The notes below the pieces were generated by a model that saw nothing but the letters and a program-made list of their open reading frames with translations, made no database searches and was not told where the DNA came from. A stretch of DNA of 64,000 nucleotides from Candidatus Saganbacteria bacterium (GTDB taxonomy: Bacteria > Margulisbacteria > WOR-1 > XYC2-FULL-46-14 > WPAF01), in NCBI GenBank assembly GCA_016223205.1, contig JACRPM010000013.1, positions 5,002 to 69,001 on the forward strand. Reading direction: 5' to 3'. Positions 40,024-49,568 of this stretch are shown here, piece by piece (positions within the stretch are counted from its first letter, which is position 1; every line of letters starts with the position of its first letter). The translations under genes were made by a program, and so were the position numbers.

Positions 40024-41274
40024 ATGCTGAAGAAGTGGCTGCTGCCGGGACTGCTGGTTATACTGGTGATCGTTTTTTGGCATCCGGTGCTGTTCAATAA
40101 CGAGTTCTTCTACGACGACCTGGATTTCATCAAGGTCTTTGAGTCCGGCCAGTTCTCTCTCCCATATATGTTCACGCCGCACAACGAACATCTCATGCCG
40201 CTCTTTAAATTGAAGTTCTTCCTGCTTTATAAGCTGTTCGGCGCGAATATCGTCCCGCCCATGATACTTTCGATCGCCTTGCATATTGCCATAAGCCTGC
40301 TGTTTTTTTATCTCTGCACCCTGCTTTTCCCCGGGCGCAAGTGGTTGCCCTTTTTGACAGCCGTGTTCTTTGCGGTAAATTCGGCGTATTTTGAGGTGCT
40401 CCACTGGTTTATCGTCATCAATACCGCTTCTTCACTTTTCTTTTTGCTGGCCACCCTGATTTTGTTGCACCGTTACGCACTGGATAAGAAAAGCTGGCAG
40501 TTATGGCTATCACTTTTGGCTTCTTTCTTTATCCCGATGGGATTTTCGCTGGGATTGATCGGGGTGGCGTTTGTGATCTTGTACGCGTGGCTGGTGCTCA
40601 AGCTTCCCACGATTAAAATCGCGGTTAAATATCTGGCGGTTTGGTTGGCATTTCTGGTTTTATATGGGATCTTTGTGGTGGGGGCGGGGAGAGTGGGGGG
40701 CGGAAGTTTCACTTTCGATATTTTAAGGATCGTTCAGTATATCTTCTTCGGTTTCGTGGGGGCTTTCTTAAAGACCATGGGTTTCACGGTTATGGTATTT
40801 CCCTTCAGCACGATAACGGCCATCATCTTGACCATCCAGATGCTTTTCCTGGGATATTTCTTCGTCCTCTACTTTTTCCTGAACCGCAAGGAAGATAGAA
40901 TGCCGGTGTTGGGGGAAAGGGGGATCGTGAGGTTCTGCTTGCTCTCGGCCCTCATCTCCTATGCGGCGGTGGCGGTGACGCGGTCATCCCTGGGTGTGGA
41001 TGCCTTCCTCTCCTGGGGGCGTTATCACTATTTCCCGGTCTTTTTTCTTTCTATCCTGGCAGGCAACGCCATCACGCCTATTTATAATATTCTAAGCAAA
41101 GTATTCAATCGTAGAAGAGTGATGATCTATTTTATTCTGCTGTTCGTGCTCTATCTAGCCACGCAGTTGGTCCTGATCAGGCAGAAGTCGTTCTCGAGCA
41201 TTCGACTGGAGGGTGCGGTGCCGCCTGCCTCCATTCTGAGCGAAGCGAAGAATCTAGGCGAAGCCGCATCCTAA
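40024..41274 (+). CDS. polytopic membrane protein, GT-C-like glycosyltransferase fold (putative)
   Basis: At least 10 TM segments; TATAAT box at 40008-40013; start at ATG 40024 rather than the track's 39718, which would overlap gatC. Confidence 0.5.
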   Translation: MLKKWLLPGLLVILVIVFWHPVLFNNEFFYDDLDFIKVFESGQFSLPYMFTPHNEHLMPLFKLKFFLLYKLFGANIVPPMILSIALHIAISLLFFYLCTLLFPGRKWLPFLTAVFFAVNSAYFEVLHWFIVINTASSLFFLLATLILLHRYALDKKSWQLWLSLLASFFIPMGFSLGLIGVAFVILYAWLVLKLPTIKIAVKYLAVWLAFLVLYGIFVVGAGRVGGGSFTFDILRIVQYIFFGFVGAFLKTMGFTVMVFPFSTITAIILTIQMLFLGYFFVLYFFLNRKEDRMPVLGERGIVRFCLLSALISYAAVAVTRSSLGVDAFLSWGRYHYFPVFFLSILAGNAITPIYNILSKVFNRRRVMIYFILLFVLYLATQLVLIRQKSFSSIRLEGAVPPASILSEAKNLGEAAS

Positions 41275-41426
41275 TTAATGAACAAACGTTTCTGGTTGGT
41301 TTCAGGAGTTATCATCGCGGTTAGAGGCGGCTCGGGTCGAAAAGAAAATCAAGGGATGGGTAAGGGCCAAAAAGATGGCGATGATAAAGGAGTCAAACCC
41401 CGGGTTCAGGGATCTTTCAACATGAA

Positions 41427-41510
41427 TGCTACGCTTCGCTAGGCACTTCGCCCCGATAGATCGGGGCTCAGTGCGGTGCTGATAGATCACTTCCACAAAT
41501 AGAAATACCA
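41427..41510. repeat. about 83-bp direct repeat, copy 1 (duplicate of the GT2 gene 3' end)
   Basis: About 80% identical to 42166-42249; on the minus strand it encodes WYFYLWK-stop, identical to the real C-terminus of the 42226..42909 gene. Confidence 0.7.
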
Positions 41511-41614
41511 GCCTAGGGGGTCCACCATGTCCCCATACCTTCCTAAAACAATCTAAAAAAGCGTGAAATTATTATTTGCACCTCACGATATCTCCGTATA
41601 GGAGGGATCAACAT

Positions 41615-42160
41615 ATGGTAGAGGGAATTGGAGCGATGGGACCCTTGAGAATGGCTCATGTCGCAAAATTAATGAGCGCTAAACTTCGACCGCTCGATGA
41701 AACTAGCCAAGCTTTTTATCAAAGGAGAACAATAACCTTAGCGGGAGAGATGGCGGTAAGCTTTTCATCTAGGGGTGGGGATATAGGCGCCCGATGGAGA
41801 GCCAACTTCGGCAGATACCCGACGGATTCAATTAAAGAGGCCTTGCTCGGACTTTTGCACTCTTCAAATAAGGAAGTCGTACTTAATGCAATGAGTGTTT
41901 GTGCCATTGAAAGGATACATGAAGCGGTCCCATTTCTCACTCGAATTGTATTTGGACAATTGGGTGAAAGAGACATTGATTTCGAAATAGGAGCCGCGTC
42001 CGCCCTAGCAAAAATGGGGAAAAATTGGGCGCAAAGATATGAGGATGAATTTCTCGCACTACAGGAATTCTCAAAAATGGATATACTTCGAACAGCCGGC
42101 GTAGATAATTATATTGTTTGGGAAATCAAGCAAAATATAAGAAGAATATTTCAAGCCTAG
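41615..42160 (+). CDS. hypothetical protein, lower GC, bracketed by direct repeats
   Basis: aggaggg RBS before ATG 41615; no recognisable domain. Confidence 0.5.
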   Translation: MVEGIGAMGPLRMAHVAKLMSAKLRPLDETSQAFYQRRTITLAGEMAVSFSSRGGDIGARWRANFGRYPTDSIKEALLGLLHSSNKEVVLNAMSVCAIERIHEAVPFLTRIVFGQLGERDIDFEIGAASALAKMGKNWAQRYEDEFLALQEFSKMDILRTAGVDNYIVWEIKQNIRRIFQA

Positions 42161-42165
42161 CATAA

Positions 42166-42249
42166 GCTACGCTTCGCTAGGCACTTCGCCCCGGTTGGAC
42201 CGCGGCTCAGTGCGGTGGCGGTAGTTCACTTCCACAAATAAAAGTACCA
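42166..42249. repeat. about 83-bp direct repeat, copy 2 (overlaps the GT2 gene stop)
   Basis: See 41427-41510. Confidence 0.7.
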
Positions 42250-42909
42250 ATGCAGGTAGCGCGGAAGCCATTTCCATAACTTGAAGTTTGACTTTCCTGC
42301 AGCACGATCTCTCCAGGTAGTAGGTAATTCGGTGATCATTTTGCCCGACTTAAAAGCTTTTGCCGTCAATTCGGTTGCGATTTCGAAACCGCCCTCACTC
42401 TCGATGGTTATACTATCCAGAAACCGCTTATCATACATCCTGAAGTTGTTAGAAAGATCGTGGGTGGGGATGCGGGTTAAATAATAGGCGCTCAAGCCGG
42501 CCAATCTTGAGAGCGTTCGTTTGAGAAGAGGCCCGCCGATCTGACGCCCGCCTTTCATATATCTGCTAGCGCAGACCACCGAGTTCCCTTTTTTGACCAG
42601 TCCATACATCTGGTCAACGATGGCATACTCATCGGAGCCATCCGCCATGGTGACCAGCACCGCATCACCCTCCGCGGCCTCGATGCCGCTCTTTATGGCA
42701 TTCAAAACCCCACGGCCGTATTTGTTTTTGGTAAGGATCAGGCCGGGGAATCGGTTTAGGTTTTTCTTTATGACCGGCAGGGTTGAGTCCTCTTCAAAAT
42801 CATAGACCAGGTGGACCACTTTGGGGGTTTTTACTTCGGCATAAAGAGAGGAGAGGGTGGGCAGGATATTTTCGCCTTCGTTATAGACCGGCATTACCAC
42901 CGAAAGCAA
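42226..42909 (-). CDS. family 2 glycosyltransferase (polyprenol-phosphate sugar transferase-like)
   Basis: GT2 N-terminal MPVYNE and DGS...D motifs. Confidence 0.75.
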   Translation of the reverse strand: MLSVVMPVYNEGENILPTLSSLYAEVKTPKVVHLVYDFEEDSTLPVIKKNLNRFPGLILTKNKYGRGVLNAIKSGIEAAEGDAVLVTMADGSDEYAIVDQMYGLVKKGNSVVCASRYMKGGRQIGGPLLKRTLSRLAGLSAYYLTRIPTHDLSNNFRMYDKRFLDSITIESEGGFEIATELTAKAFKSGKMITELPTTWRDRAAGKSNFKLWKWLPRYLHWYFYLWK

Positions 42910-42910
42910 A

Positions 42911-43933
42911 CTAAATTCCTCCGATCGCTATCTGCTGTTGTATCCAGGGGATGAGCTCATCGAGCATTTGATCAAGCGTGGTCTTGGCCTCAAAACCCAG
43001 GATCTTTTTGGCTTTTTCGGTCGCGGGCACTCTTTTCTGGACATCATAAGTAAAGGGCTTATCGGAAACGTATTTAAAGGGCTTATCCTTCTTGACCTTC
43101 TTCCAGATAAGCTCCGCCAGCGCCAGAACGGTGGTGGATTGTTTGGTCGAAAGGTTGAAGTCCTCATTTACTGCTTTTTCACTTTCAATACACAGACGGA
43201 TTCCCACCGCCAGATCCCCTCCATAAGTGTAATGGCGGATCTGGGAGCCGTCGCCCAGAATGTGCAGAGGATCCTGGCCTTTCAACACTTTCTGTATCAG
43301 ATCGGGCACCACATGGCTCATGGCCAGCTTGACGTTGCCGGAATAAATTTCCCGGTCGTAGACCGCCCGCTTTTCTCCCACCCCCACGCAGTTGAAGGGT
43401 CGGATGATGGTGTAGGGCAGTTTGTATTGCTCCCAGGCGCCCTTGGCGAAATATTCGCAGGCGAGCTTTTGGAAACCGTAGGTCGAAAGGGGCGGGGGGC
43501 ATTTTAACTGTTCACCCTCGGGGGTGGGGAATTTATTGGTCGATTCAAAGACCATGGAAGAAGAAATGACGTTGATCTTCTTGAGCTTCTGGTTCTTATG
43601 CGCCCAGACGGCGGCGTCAAAGGTGGAGGCAACTATCCTTTCGTTTTCCGCCAAAAGATCGTAGGCCAGCTCGTGGAAGAGGGAAATGCCTCCGATAATG
43701 GCCGCGCCTGCTACTACCTGATCGCAGTCCGCTAAAAGCTTCTTTACCAACTCGGTGTCCTTGGCATCGCCTTCGAAGAATTTATATTTAGGATGGGAGT
43801 CGTAGCTTTTCCTAACTTTTCCGTACTTGCTGAAGTTATCAAGTCCCACCACATCAAAGCCGTGGTTGAGGAGCTCTTCTACCAGATATCCAGAGATAAA
43901 GCCGGCCGAGCCCGTGACCAGGACTTTCATCAA
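42911..43933 (-). CDS. NAD-dependent nucleotide-sugar epimerase/dehydratase (extended SDR)
   Basis: GSAGFIG Rossmann motif and YxxxK catalytic motif. Confidence 0.75.
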   Translation of the reverse strand: MMKVLVTGSAGFISGYLVEELLNHGFDVVGLDNFSKYGKVRKSYDSHPKYKFFEGDAKDTELVKKLLADCDQVVAGAAIIGGISLFHELAYDLLAENERIVASTFDAAVWAHKNQKLKKINVISSSMVFESTNKFPTPEGEQLKCPPPLSTYGFQKLACEYFAKGAWEQYKLPYTIIRPFNCVGVGEKRAVYDREIYSGNVKLAMSHVVPDLIQKVLKGQDPLHILGDGSQIRHYTYGGDLAVGIRLCIESEKAVNEDFNLSTKQSTTVLALAELIWKKVKKDKPFKYVSDKPFTYDVQKRVPATEKAKKILGFEAKTTLDQMLDELIPWIQQQIAIGGI

Positions 43934-45117
43934 AGGTTGGCTCCCTGCCCATAGAAATTCCAGATATCCACCACGCGGGAACCCTGGCGGAACTTTAGGT
44001 TTCTATATTCTTTGTGAGGCGCGCCCAGGATGAGGATATCGCTTTTCTTAAGGACGGTCTTGAGGGCGTCAAAGCCGGCCTCGCGAATATAGACATCGGT
44101 GCAGAGCACTGCCTGGGCTTCGACCTCCAGGGCTTTCTTTAACTTGTAGGAAAGGGAATCGCGGCGGTCGTCGCTATCGCCTTTAAAAGCCATGCCCAGG
44201 ATGCCTACCGTTTTTTGGCTAAGGTCGTAGTTCTCCTTGAGCTGTTTGATGATGAAATTGGGCAGGCCCTCGTTAATAAGCATGGCAGCGTGGCCGAGGA
44301 AGAATGAATTTTCGGCAAAAGCCGCGATCTGCATAGTGTCTTTAAATAAACACGGCCCGGCGGCAAAGCCAGGGGAGGGGAAATCGGCGGTGCGGGGGTA
44401 TTTGTGCTTTACGGCGTGGAAGATCTTGTAGAAATCAAGCCCTCTTCCTTCGGCGATGGTGAAGAACTGGTTGGCGACTGCGAACTGGATGTAGCGCCAG
44501 GCGTTGGTCATAAGTTTCGCCAACTCCGCTTCTTCCGGCGAGAGCACGATCACATCTTTGGCGATCTTCTTGAAAAGTTTCTCGGCGGAGGTCGCCGAGG
44601 CCTGGTCCACCCCGCTTACGATCTGGGGAAGGGACTTTAATTCTTCCATGGCGTAGCCCTGGGCCACGCGCTCGGGGGCAAAGGCCACCTTGATGTTCTT
44701 GTTCTTAACCAGGTTCTTCACCAGCCGAGTGGTCCCCGGATAGATGGTGCTGCGCAAGATGATGGTCTGGCCGGGTTTTAAATATTTCTGCAGTTCTTTC
44801 AGGGTGCGGTGGATATCCTGGATGCGCGGGTTCAAGAACTCATCGATCGGCGTGCCGATGATGATGACGACGTGTTCGCTGTCGCTGATGACCCGGGGAT
44901 TATCGGAAACCAGAAGTTTCTTATTATTTAGGGTCTTTTTGAGCCTGGGAGCGGCGCCTCTTTCCAAAAAAGGCATCTCTCCGCGGGCCACCCGGGCGAT
45001 GGCTTTTTCGTTTATGTCGTAGATTACGGTCTTTAAACCGCGATCGGCGAAAGTGATCGCCAGGGGCAGGCCCACATGGCCGCAGCCGCCCACCACGCAC
45101 ACCTGATGCTTGAACAT
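43930..45117 (-). CDS. nucleotide-sugar (UDP-glucose/GDP-mannose family) dehydrogenase
   Basis: N-terminal GxGxVG NAD-binding domain, central catalytic Cys region and C-terminal UDP-binding domain. Confidence 0.75.
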   Translation of the reverse strand: MFKHQVCVVGGCGHVGLPLAITFADRGLKTVIYDINEKAIARVARGEMPFLERGAAPRLKKTLNNKKLLVSDNPRVISDSEHVVIIIGTPIDEFLNPRIQDIHRTLKELQKYLKPGQTIILRSTIYPGTTRLVKNLVKNKNIKVAFAPERVAQGYAMEELKSLPQIVSGVDQASATSAEKLFKKIAKDVIVLSPEEAELAKLMTNAWRYIQFAVANQFFTIAEGRGLDFYKIFHAVKHKYPRTADFPSPGFAAGPCLFKDTMQIAAFAENSFFLGHAAMLINEGLPNFIIKQLKENYDLSQKTVGILGMAFKGDSDDRRDSLSYKLKKALEVEAQAVLCTDVYIREAGFDALKTVLKKSDILILGAPHKEYRNLKFRQGSRVVDIWNFYGQGANL

Positions 45118-45129
45118 ATGATTATTGTA

Positions 45130-46191
45130 TCATATTTTCAAAGAAGCGATTGGCTTGAGGTCCAGAGCAGCGAATTGCTTTTTCTTGAATTTATAGTAAG
45201 CGGCGCAGGCGATCATGGCGGCGTTGTCGGTCGAGTATTCCAGAGGCGGGAGCATAACCTCGAGGCCGTCTTTTTCTCCGCGTTCTTTCAACTGCTGTCT
45301 TAAAGCCGAATTGGCGGAAACCCCGCCCGCTAGAGCCACCCTTCCTATACCCTTGTCAAAGGCCGCCCTTATTAGTTTGTCTATCAGGGTTTCGACCACT
45401 GTTTGCTGGAAACTCGCGGCCAGGTCCTCGATCTTCACCCCGCTCAAGCGGGTAACCGCGGTCTTGATGCCGCTGAAGGAGAAATCGTAGCCAAATGATT
45501 CTTCGATCATCGGTTTCTTGAAAGTAATGGCGTGGGGATCGCCTTTTTTCGCGAGTTCATCGATGATGGGGCCGCCGGGATAGCCCAGGTTCAAAAAGCG
45601 CGCCACTTTATCGTAGGCCTCGCCCACCGCGTCGTCCCGCGTCCTGCCTAGAGTTTCATATTTGCCGTGGTCTTTCATTAGGACTAGCAGGGTATGGCCG
45701 CCGGAGACGATCAGGCAGATGAAGGGGAAACTTATACCCCCTCTGTCCCTCGGCTCCCTCGATGGGACTCGGGACAAGTTCGCTCGGGACATCTCCCCCT
45801 TATTAAGAGGGAGAGAAGAGAGGGGGTAAAGAAAGTTTGAATAAATATGGCCCTCGAGATGATTCACTCCGATCAGGGGCTTCTTCAGGGACCAGGCCAA
45901 AGCTTTGGCGGCGCACAATCCTACCAATAATGAGCCGACCAGGCCCGGACCGTAAGTGACGGCGACGGCGTCCAGGTCCTTGAACTTTTTCCCGGCTTTC
46001 TCTAAAGCTTCGGCGATCACCGGATTTATGGCCTCGATATGCTTGCGGGATGCGACCTCGGGGACAATGCCGCCGTATTTTTTATGGAACTCGTTCTGCG
46101 AAGCCACCACGCTGGAAAGGACTTTCTTTCCATCCTCTAAAACCGCCGCCGCGGTCTCGTCGCACGAAGTTTCGATAGCTAGGAGCTTCAT
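45130..46191 (-). CDS. tsaD: tRNA N6-adenosine threonylcarbamoyltransferase TsaD, with about 25-aa in-frame insertion
   Basis: TsaD motifs LAIETSCDET and GGVSAN; extra low-complexity segment encoded by the repeat-rich DNA at 45725-45830. Confidence 0.85.
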   Translation of the reverse strand: MKLLAIETSCDETAAAVLEDGKKVLSSVVASQNEFHKKYGGIVPEVASRKHIEAINPVIAEALEKAGKKFKDLDAVAVTYGPGLVGSLLVGLCAAKALAWSLKKPLIGVNHLEGHIYSNFLYPLSSLPLNKGEMSRANLSRVPSREPRDRGGISFPFICLIVSGGHTLLVLMKDHGKYETLGRTRDDAVGEAYDKVARFLNLGYPGGPIIDELAKKGDPHAITFKKPMIEESFGYDFSFSGIKTAVTRLSGVKIEDLAASFQQTVVETLIDKLIRAAFDKGIGRVALAGGVSANSALRQQLKERGEKDGLEVMLPPLEYSTDNAAMIACAAYYKFKKKQFAALDLKPIASLKI

Positions 46192-46192
46192 T

Positions 46193-47191
46193 CTAGAACT
46201 GCTTCAATTCCCCATTGGCCGGAACGAACCAGTTTGGATTAGCGATGTCCGTGGCCAGCTTTTTCGCGCCGGGCTTGAAGTCAAGTTTCTTCAAATCGAT
46301 GGCCCGCAGGTTCAGGTTCTCATCATCGATCACGTATAATATTAGATTTTTGTGGTCGCGGATCAAGCCGTATTCGGTGATATTCCCCACCCGCTCCCCG
46401 TTGACCAGGGTCACCCGGTTCAAGATGTGGTTGGCGTTATTCACCGCTTCGCGGGCGTCCTTGGACCGCTCCACGAATTTATTTAAAGTGTAGATCCTGA
46501 CGAAGCGGCTATCGGGCATGGAATCGCCGGGCAAGCCCCGCATGCCTTCGCGCGTGTTGGTCAACTTCTTATATTTTTCCAAATTCTTGACCTGGTCGGG
46601 GAAAGGCGGATCGTTGGTCACCACGTTATAGGGATTATCATAGATATTCATCTTGCCGCCGACGAATTCGACCACCAGGCTCTTTTTGTTCCGGTCATGG
46701 ATCGAGAGGTGGAGCGGGAAGTACATGTTCTTCATTTCTTTGACCGGCGCTCCGGCGACGGTTACGCTCTCTAACCCTTTTTTGACCTCGTCGACGGTGG
46801 CAAAACTGCCCAGGATCCAGCGGACCACGTCGCCGACCTGGATGACTTTATCCCGGGAGACCTTGGCTGTGTCCGGATATTTGGTCCCGGCCAGCCAGAG
46901 GGTCCCGACCGACAAACCTTTTTCGTTCAATCCGTCGGAAAAAGCGGGCAGGCGGGCGAGGTTGGTGCCGACGAAACCATACTTGGTAGGGGAGAGCGCG
47001 GAGACACCTTTTTCCCCGCGGGGAACGACGACCACCTGCGCCTGCAGAGGGATGCCGAAATCCATACTGCGGGCCGAGACGACCTGGGAGCCGGAATTAT
47101 TGAGCAGGAAGTCGGAGCACGACCAGCCGATCTGCGCCAAGGCGCCGAAGGTGAAGGTTGCGAGCAAAGTTACAATAATTATCTTTTTCAT
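46193..47191 (-). CDS. choloylglycine hydrolase / penicillin V acylase-family Ntn hydrolase
   Basis: Signal peptide followed by the N-terminal nucleophile Cys in GWSCSDF. Confidence 0.7.
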   Translation of the reverse strand: MKKIIIVTLLATFTFGALAQIGWSCSDFLLNNSGSQVVSARSMDFGIPLQAQVVVVPRGEKGVSALSPTKYGFVGTNLARLPAFSDGLNEKGLSVGTLWLAGTKYPDTAKVSRDKVIQVGDVVRWILGSFATVDEVKKGLESVTVAGAPVKEMKNMYFPLHLSIHDRNKKSLVVEFVGGKMNIYDNPYNVVTNDPPFPDQVKNLEKYKKLTNTREGMRGLPGDSMPDSRFVRIYTLNKFVERSKDAREAVNNANHILNRVTLVNGERVGNITEYGLIRDHKNLILYVIDDENLNLRAIDLKKLDFKPGAKKLATDIANPNWFVPANGELKQF

Positions 47192-47637
47192 AATGACGCC
47201 GCAAATCTCAACGCCACCCCGTTGATGCAGTATCTTTTCCCGGTAGGCGGCGGGCCGTCATCAAAGACATGGCCCAAATGCGCCCCGCAGCGGGCGCAGA
47301 CCACCTCGGTCCTTTGTCTTCCGAAAGAATTATCCGGCCTTTCTTTGACGTTGAGCGGTGAGACGGGCTCGTAAAAGCTCGGCCAGCCGGTGCCGGACTC
47401 GAACTTGGTCCCCGCTTTAAAGAGGGCGGTGCCGCAGCGGATACAGCGATAGGTGCCGTTCTCCTTGATCTTTTCATAAGTGCAAGTGAAGGGCTGTTCG
47501 GTCCCCTGGTTGGTCGTGACCTCGTACTGCTCCGGCGTTAGGATCTTTTTCCATTCTTCATTGCTTTTCTCAATGGTTTCGACCGGCATTATCCGGTTAT
47601 TGTCCACATCGAAGATCTCAATCTTCTTTTCATTCAT
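47188..47637 (-). CDS. msrB: peptide-methionine (R)-S-oxide reductase
   Basis: CxxC...CxxC zinc site and catalytic RYCINGVAL. Start at 47637 after aaggag rather than the track's 47658. Confidence 0.85.
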   Translation of the reverse strand: MNEKKIEIFDVDNNRIMPVETIEKSNEEWKKILTPEQYEVTTNQGTEQPFTCTYEKIKENGTYRCIRCGTALFKAGTKFESGTGWPSFYEPVSPLNVKERPDNSFGRQRTEVVCARCGAHLGHVFDDGPPPTGKRYCINGVALRFAASL

Positions 47638-47770
47638 ATAGCATCTCCTTGGGGACATTATACTACGATGTTGTTCCTGACGCCCCCGGCAAGAATCGCT
47701 ACACTTTTGGCTCCAATGTGACGCTTTTGGCTGGCATGGTAATTGCTGTTAGGCGGTAAGGAGGTGCTTT

Positions 47771-48196
47771 ATGGAAGAGGCGATAAATAACAAATCACAA
47801 GCATCAAAAAACAAACAAATGGAAAATAACAAAGGAACAAATATCAAACGGTACGATCTGGAGGAGAGGACGTTGAGGTTTGCCGGGCAGATCAATGCCC
47901 TGGTTAATGGTTTATCCAGGACAAATTCCAACATGGAAAACGGCAAACAGCTGATACGGTCAGCCGGTTCTGTGGGAGCCAACTATATCGAGGCCAATGA
48001 GGCATTGAGCAAGAAGGACTTCATTATGAGGGTTAAAATCGCCCGCAAAGAAGCCAAGGAAAGCCGCTTTTGGCTGAGCTTGATCGTACCACGGACCGAA
48101 AAGCTACCCATTATAAATGTGTTAATTAATGAAGCCACAGAACTGATCAAGATTTTTAGTTCTATTCTCCTCAAGTGTGGGGTGACGAAATACTAA
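47771..48196 (+). CDS. four-helix-bundle protein (23S rRNA intervening-sequence protein family)
   Basis: GANYIEANEA and KESRFWL motifs typical of the family; lower GC. Confidence 0.7.
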   Translation: MEEAINNKSQASKNKQMENNKGTNIKRYDLEERTLRFAGQINALVNGLSRTNSNMENGKQLIRSAGSVGANYIEANEALSKKDFIMRVKIARKEAKESRFWLSLIVPRTEKLPIINVLINEATELIKIFSSILLKCGVTKY

Positions 48197-48317
48197 AGAG
48201 GGAAGCATCAAGCATCAAAAAACAAAAGACAAACAAAATCCAATATTAAATATTGTTATTTTGGTATTGTTTGTTTTTTGTATTTTGTTTTGTTTGTTAT
48301 TTTGTTCACTTCCTCCC
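48197..48317. repeat. long AT-rich imperfect palindrome
   Basis: gagggaag...acaaaagacaaacaaaat-ccaatattaaatatt-...attttgttttgtttgt...cttcctccc. Confidence 0.6.
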
Positions 48318-48345
48318 CTGCTTCTCAATATAGTATGATAGCCCC

Positions 48346-48735
48346 GTGACAATATATCTGATGCGCCACGGGGAAACTGTGTCAGAGCAAGCCGATCCCA
48401 AGCGCCCGCTTTCCGACCTGGGCCGGGCCCAAGTCGAAAGATCCGCGCGGGTCCTGCTTAAGGAAAAAGCTAAAATTGATGAGATCTGGCACAGCACCAA
48501 GCTGCGCGCCCGGCAAACGGCAGAGATCGTCTCCCAAATACTCGGGGTAAAGAACGTTCTGGAAAAACCGGGTCTTACTCCCTTCGACGATCCTGCCCCC
48601 ATCGCGGAACTGCTCAAGACGGCCGACAAGAACATCCTGATAGCCGGCCATATGCCTTTTTTGGGAGAGCTGGCTTTGTTGTTTGGGAAGTCGGTTATGG
48701 GATTTGAGAACGGCGGGGTCGTGCGGTTGGGGTAG
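48346..48735 (+). CDS. sixA: phosphohistidine phosphatase SixA-like (histidine phosphatase superfamily)
   Basis: RHGE motif (LMRHGET) with a short catalytic core. Confidence 0.7.
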   Translation: MTIYLMRHGETVSEQADPKRPLSDLGRAQVERSARVLLKEKAKIDEIWHSTKLRARQTAEIVSQILGVKNVLEKPGLTPFDDPAPIAELLKTADKNILIAGHMPFLGELALLFGKSVMGFENGGVVRLG

Positions 48736-48783
48736 AGTCGGGCGAATCGTCCGGGGTCTGGCGTCCCGCGCGCCGCCCACCGC

Positions 48784-49428
48784 CTAAGGGCTAGCGGCGT
48801 TAGGGAAGATAAAGTTGCGCAAGAAGACGGTTCTGAAACCATGTTGATCGAACATTTGTCCGGCAGAGTAGACGCAACCCTCCGGCCTATGCGTGGGGCC
48901 AAAAACACCCAGTTCCCCCATCAAGTGGATGGTCGAGAACCCTAGAGGCCTTAAAGTATCGAACAGGAGATCCCATGCTTCCCCTTCCTTCATAGGCTCG
49001 CCCCACCACGGCACCACATCAGTTTCAAGAGTAGGCACCTCTATTGCCACGCCGGTCCTGAAGGGAAAATCCCGCAGGAATCCGAGCATACGATCTCTCT
49101 GCCTGCGGTCGATAAATATCAGCAGAGGCGATCTGTTACCCTGAATCTTTTGCCGGACGAATGCTTTGTACCTTTGGTACGCTTTCTCGCCGAAAGCCCT
49201 TTTGAGCGCATTGTTCCCGGGAGAGCTTAATATTTGACGCAAGTCGCGCCAATTCTCCCTCTCGTTGGGCGCGGGATGATAAATATTAATTTGGGAAAAA
49301 CCAGGATGAACCCAGGCCAGGCCGGTCCCCTCCCTGCGGGACAGGACTCCGCTTACTCTTTTGGCCTCGGCGGCATCATAACTCGGGCCGGGGCAATAAA
49401 TGCGTATCGGCCGCAACTTATCGATCAT
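48784..49428 (-). CDS. hypothetical protein
   Basis: ORF with good coding statistics; no recognisable domain. Confidence 0.4.
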   Translation of the reverse strand: MIDKLRPIRIYCPGPSYDAAEAKRVSGVLSRREGTGLAWVHPGFSQINIYHPAPNERENWRDLRQILSSPGNNALKRAFGEKAYQRYKAFVRQKIQGNRSPLLIFIDRRQRDRMLGFLRDFPFRTGVAIEVPTLETDVVPWWGEPMKEGEAWDLLFDTLRPLGFSTIHLMGELGVFGPTHRPEGCVYSAGQMFDQHGFRTVFLRNFIFPNAASP

Positions 49429-49568
49429 ATTTTATTATCGAAGCCGAAGGGGAATAATTTCAGATCTTAAGCATGAGAGCGCCCTCCGCCCGACGAAACG
49501 CACTTCGCAACCGTCCAACGCATTACGCCTCTTTGTAGTATAATTACCCTGTAAAAAGGAGGCCAAAC

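Noticed and set aside
41302-41496. 64-aa minus-strand ORF in the membrane-protein/DR3 spacer
   Set aside because: Overlaps the duplicated gene-end repeat; no RBS; likely spurious.
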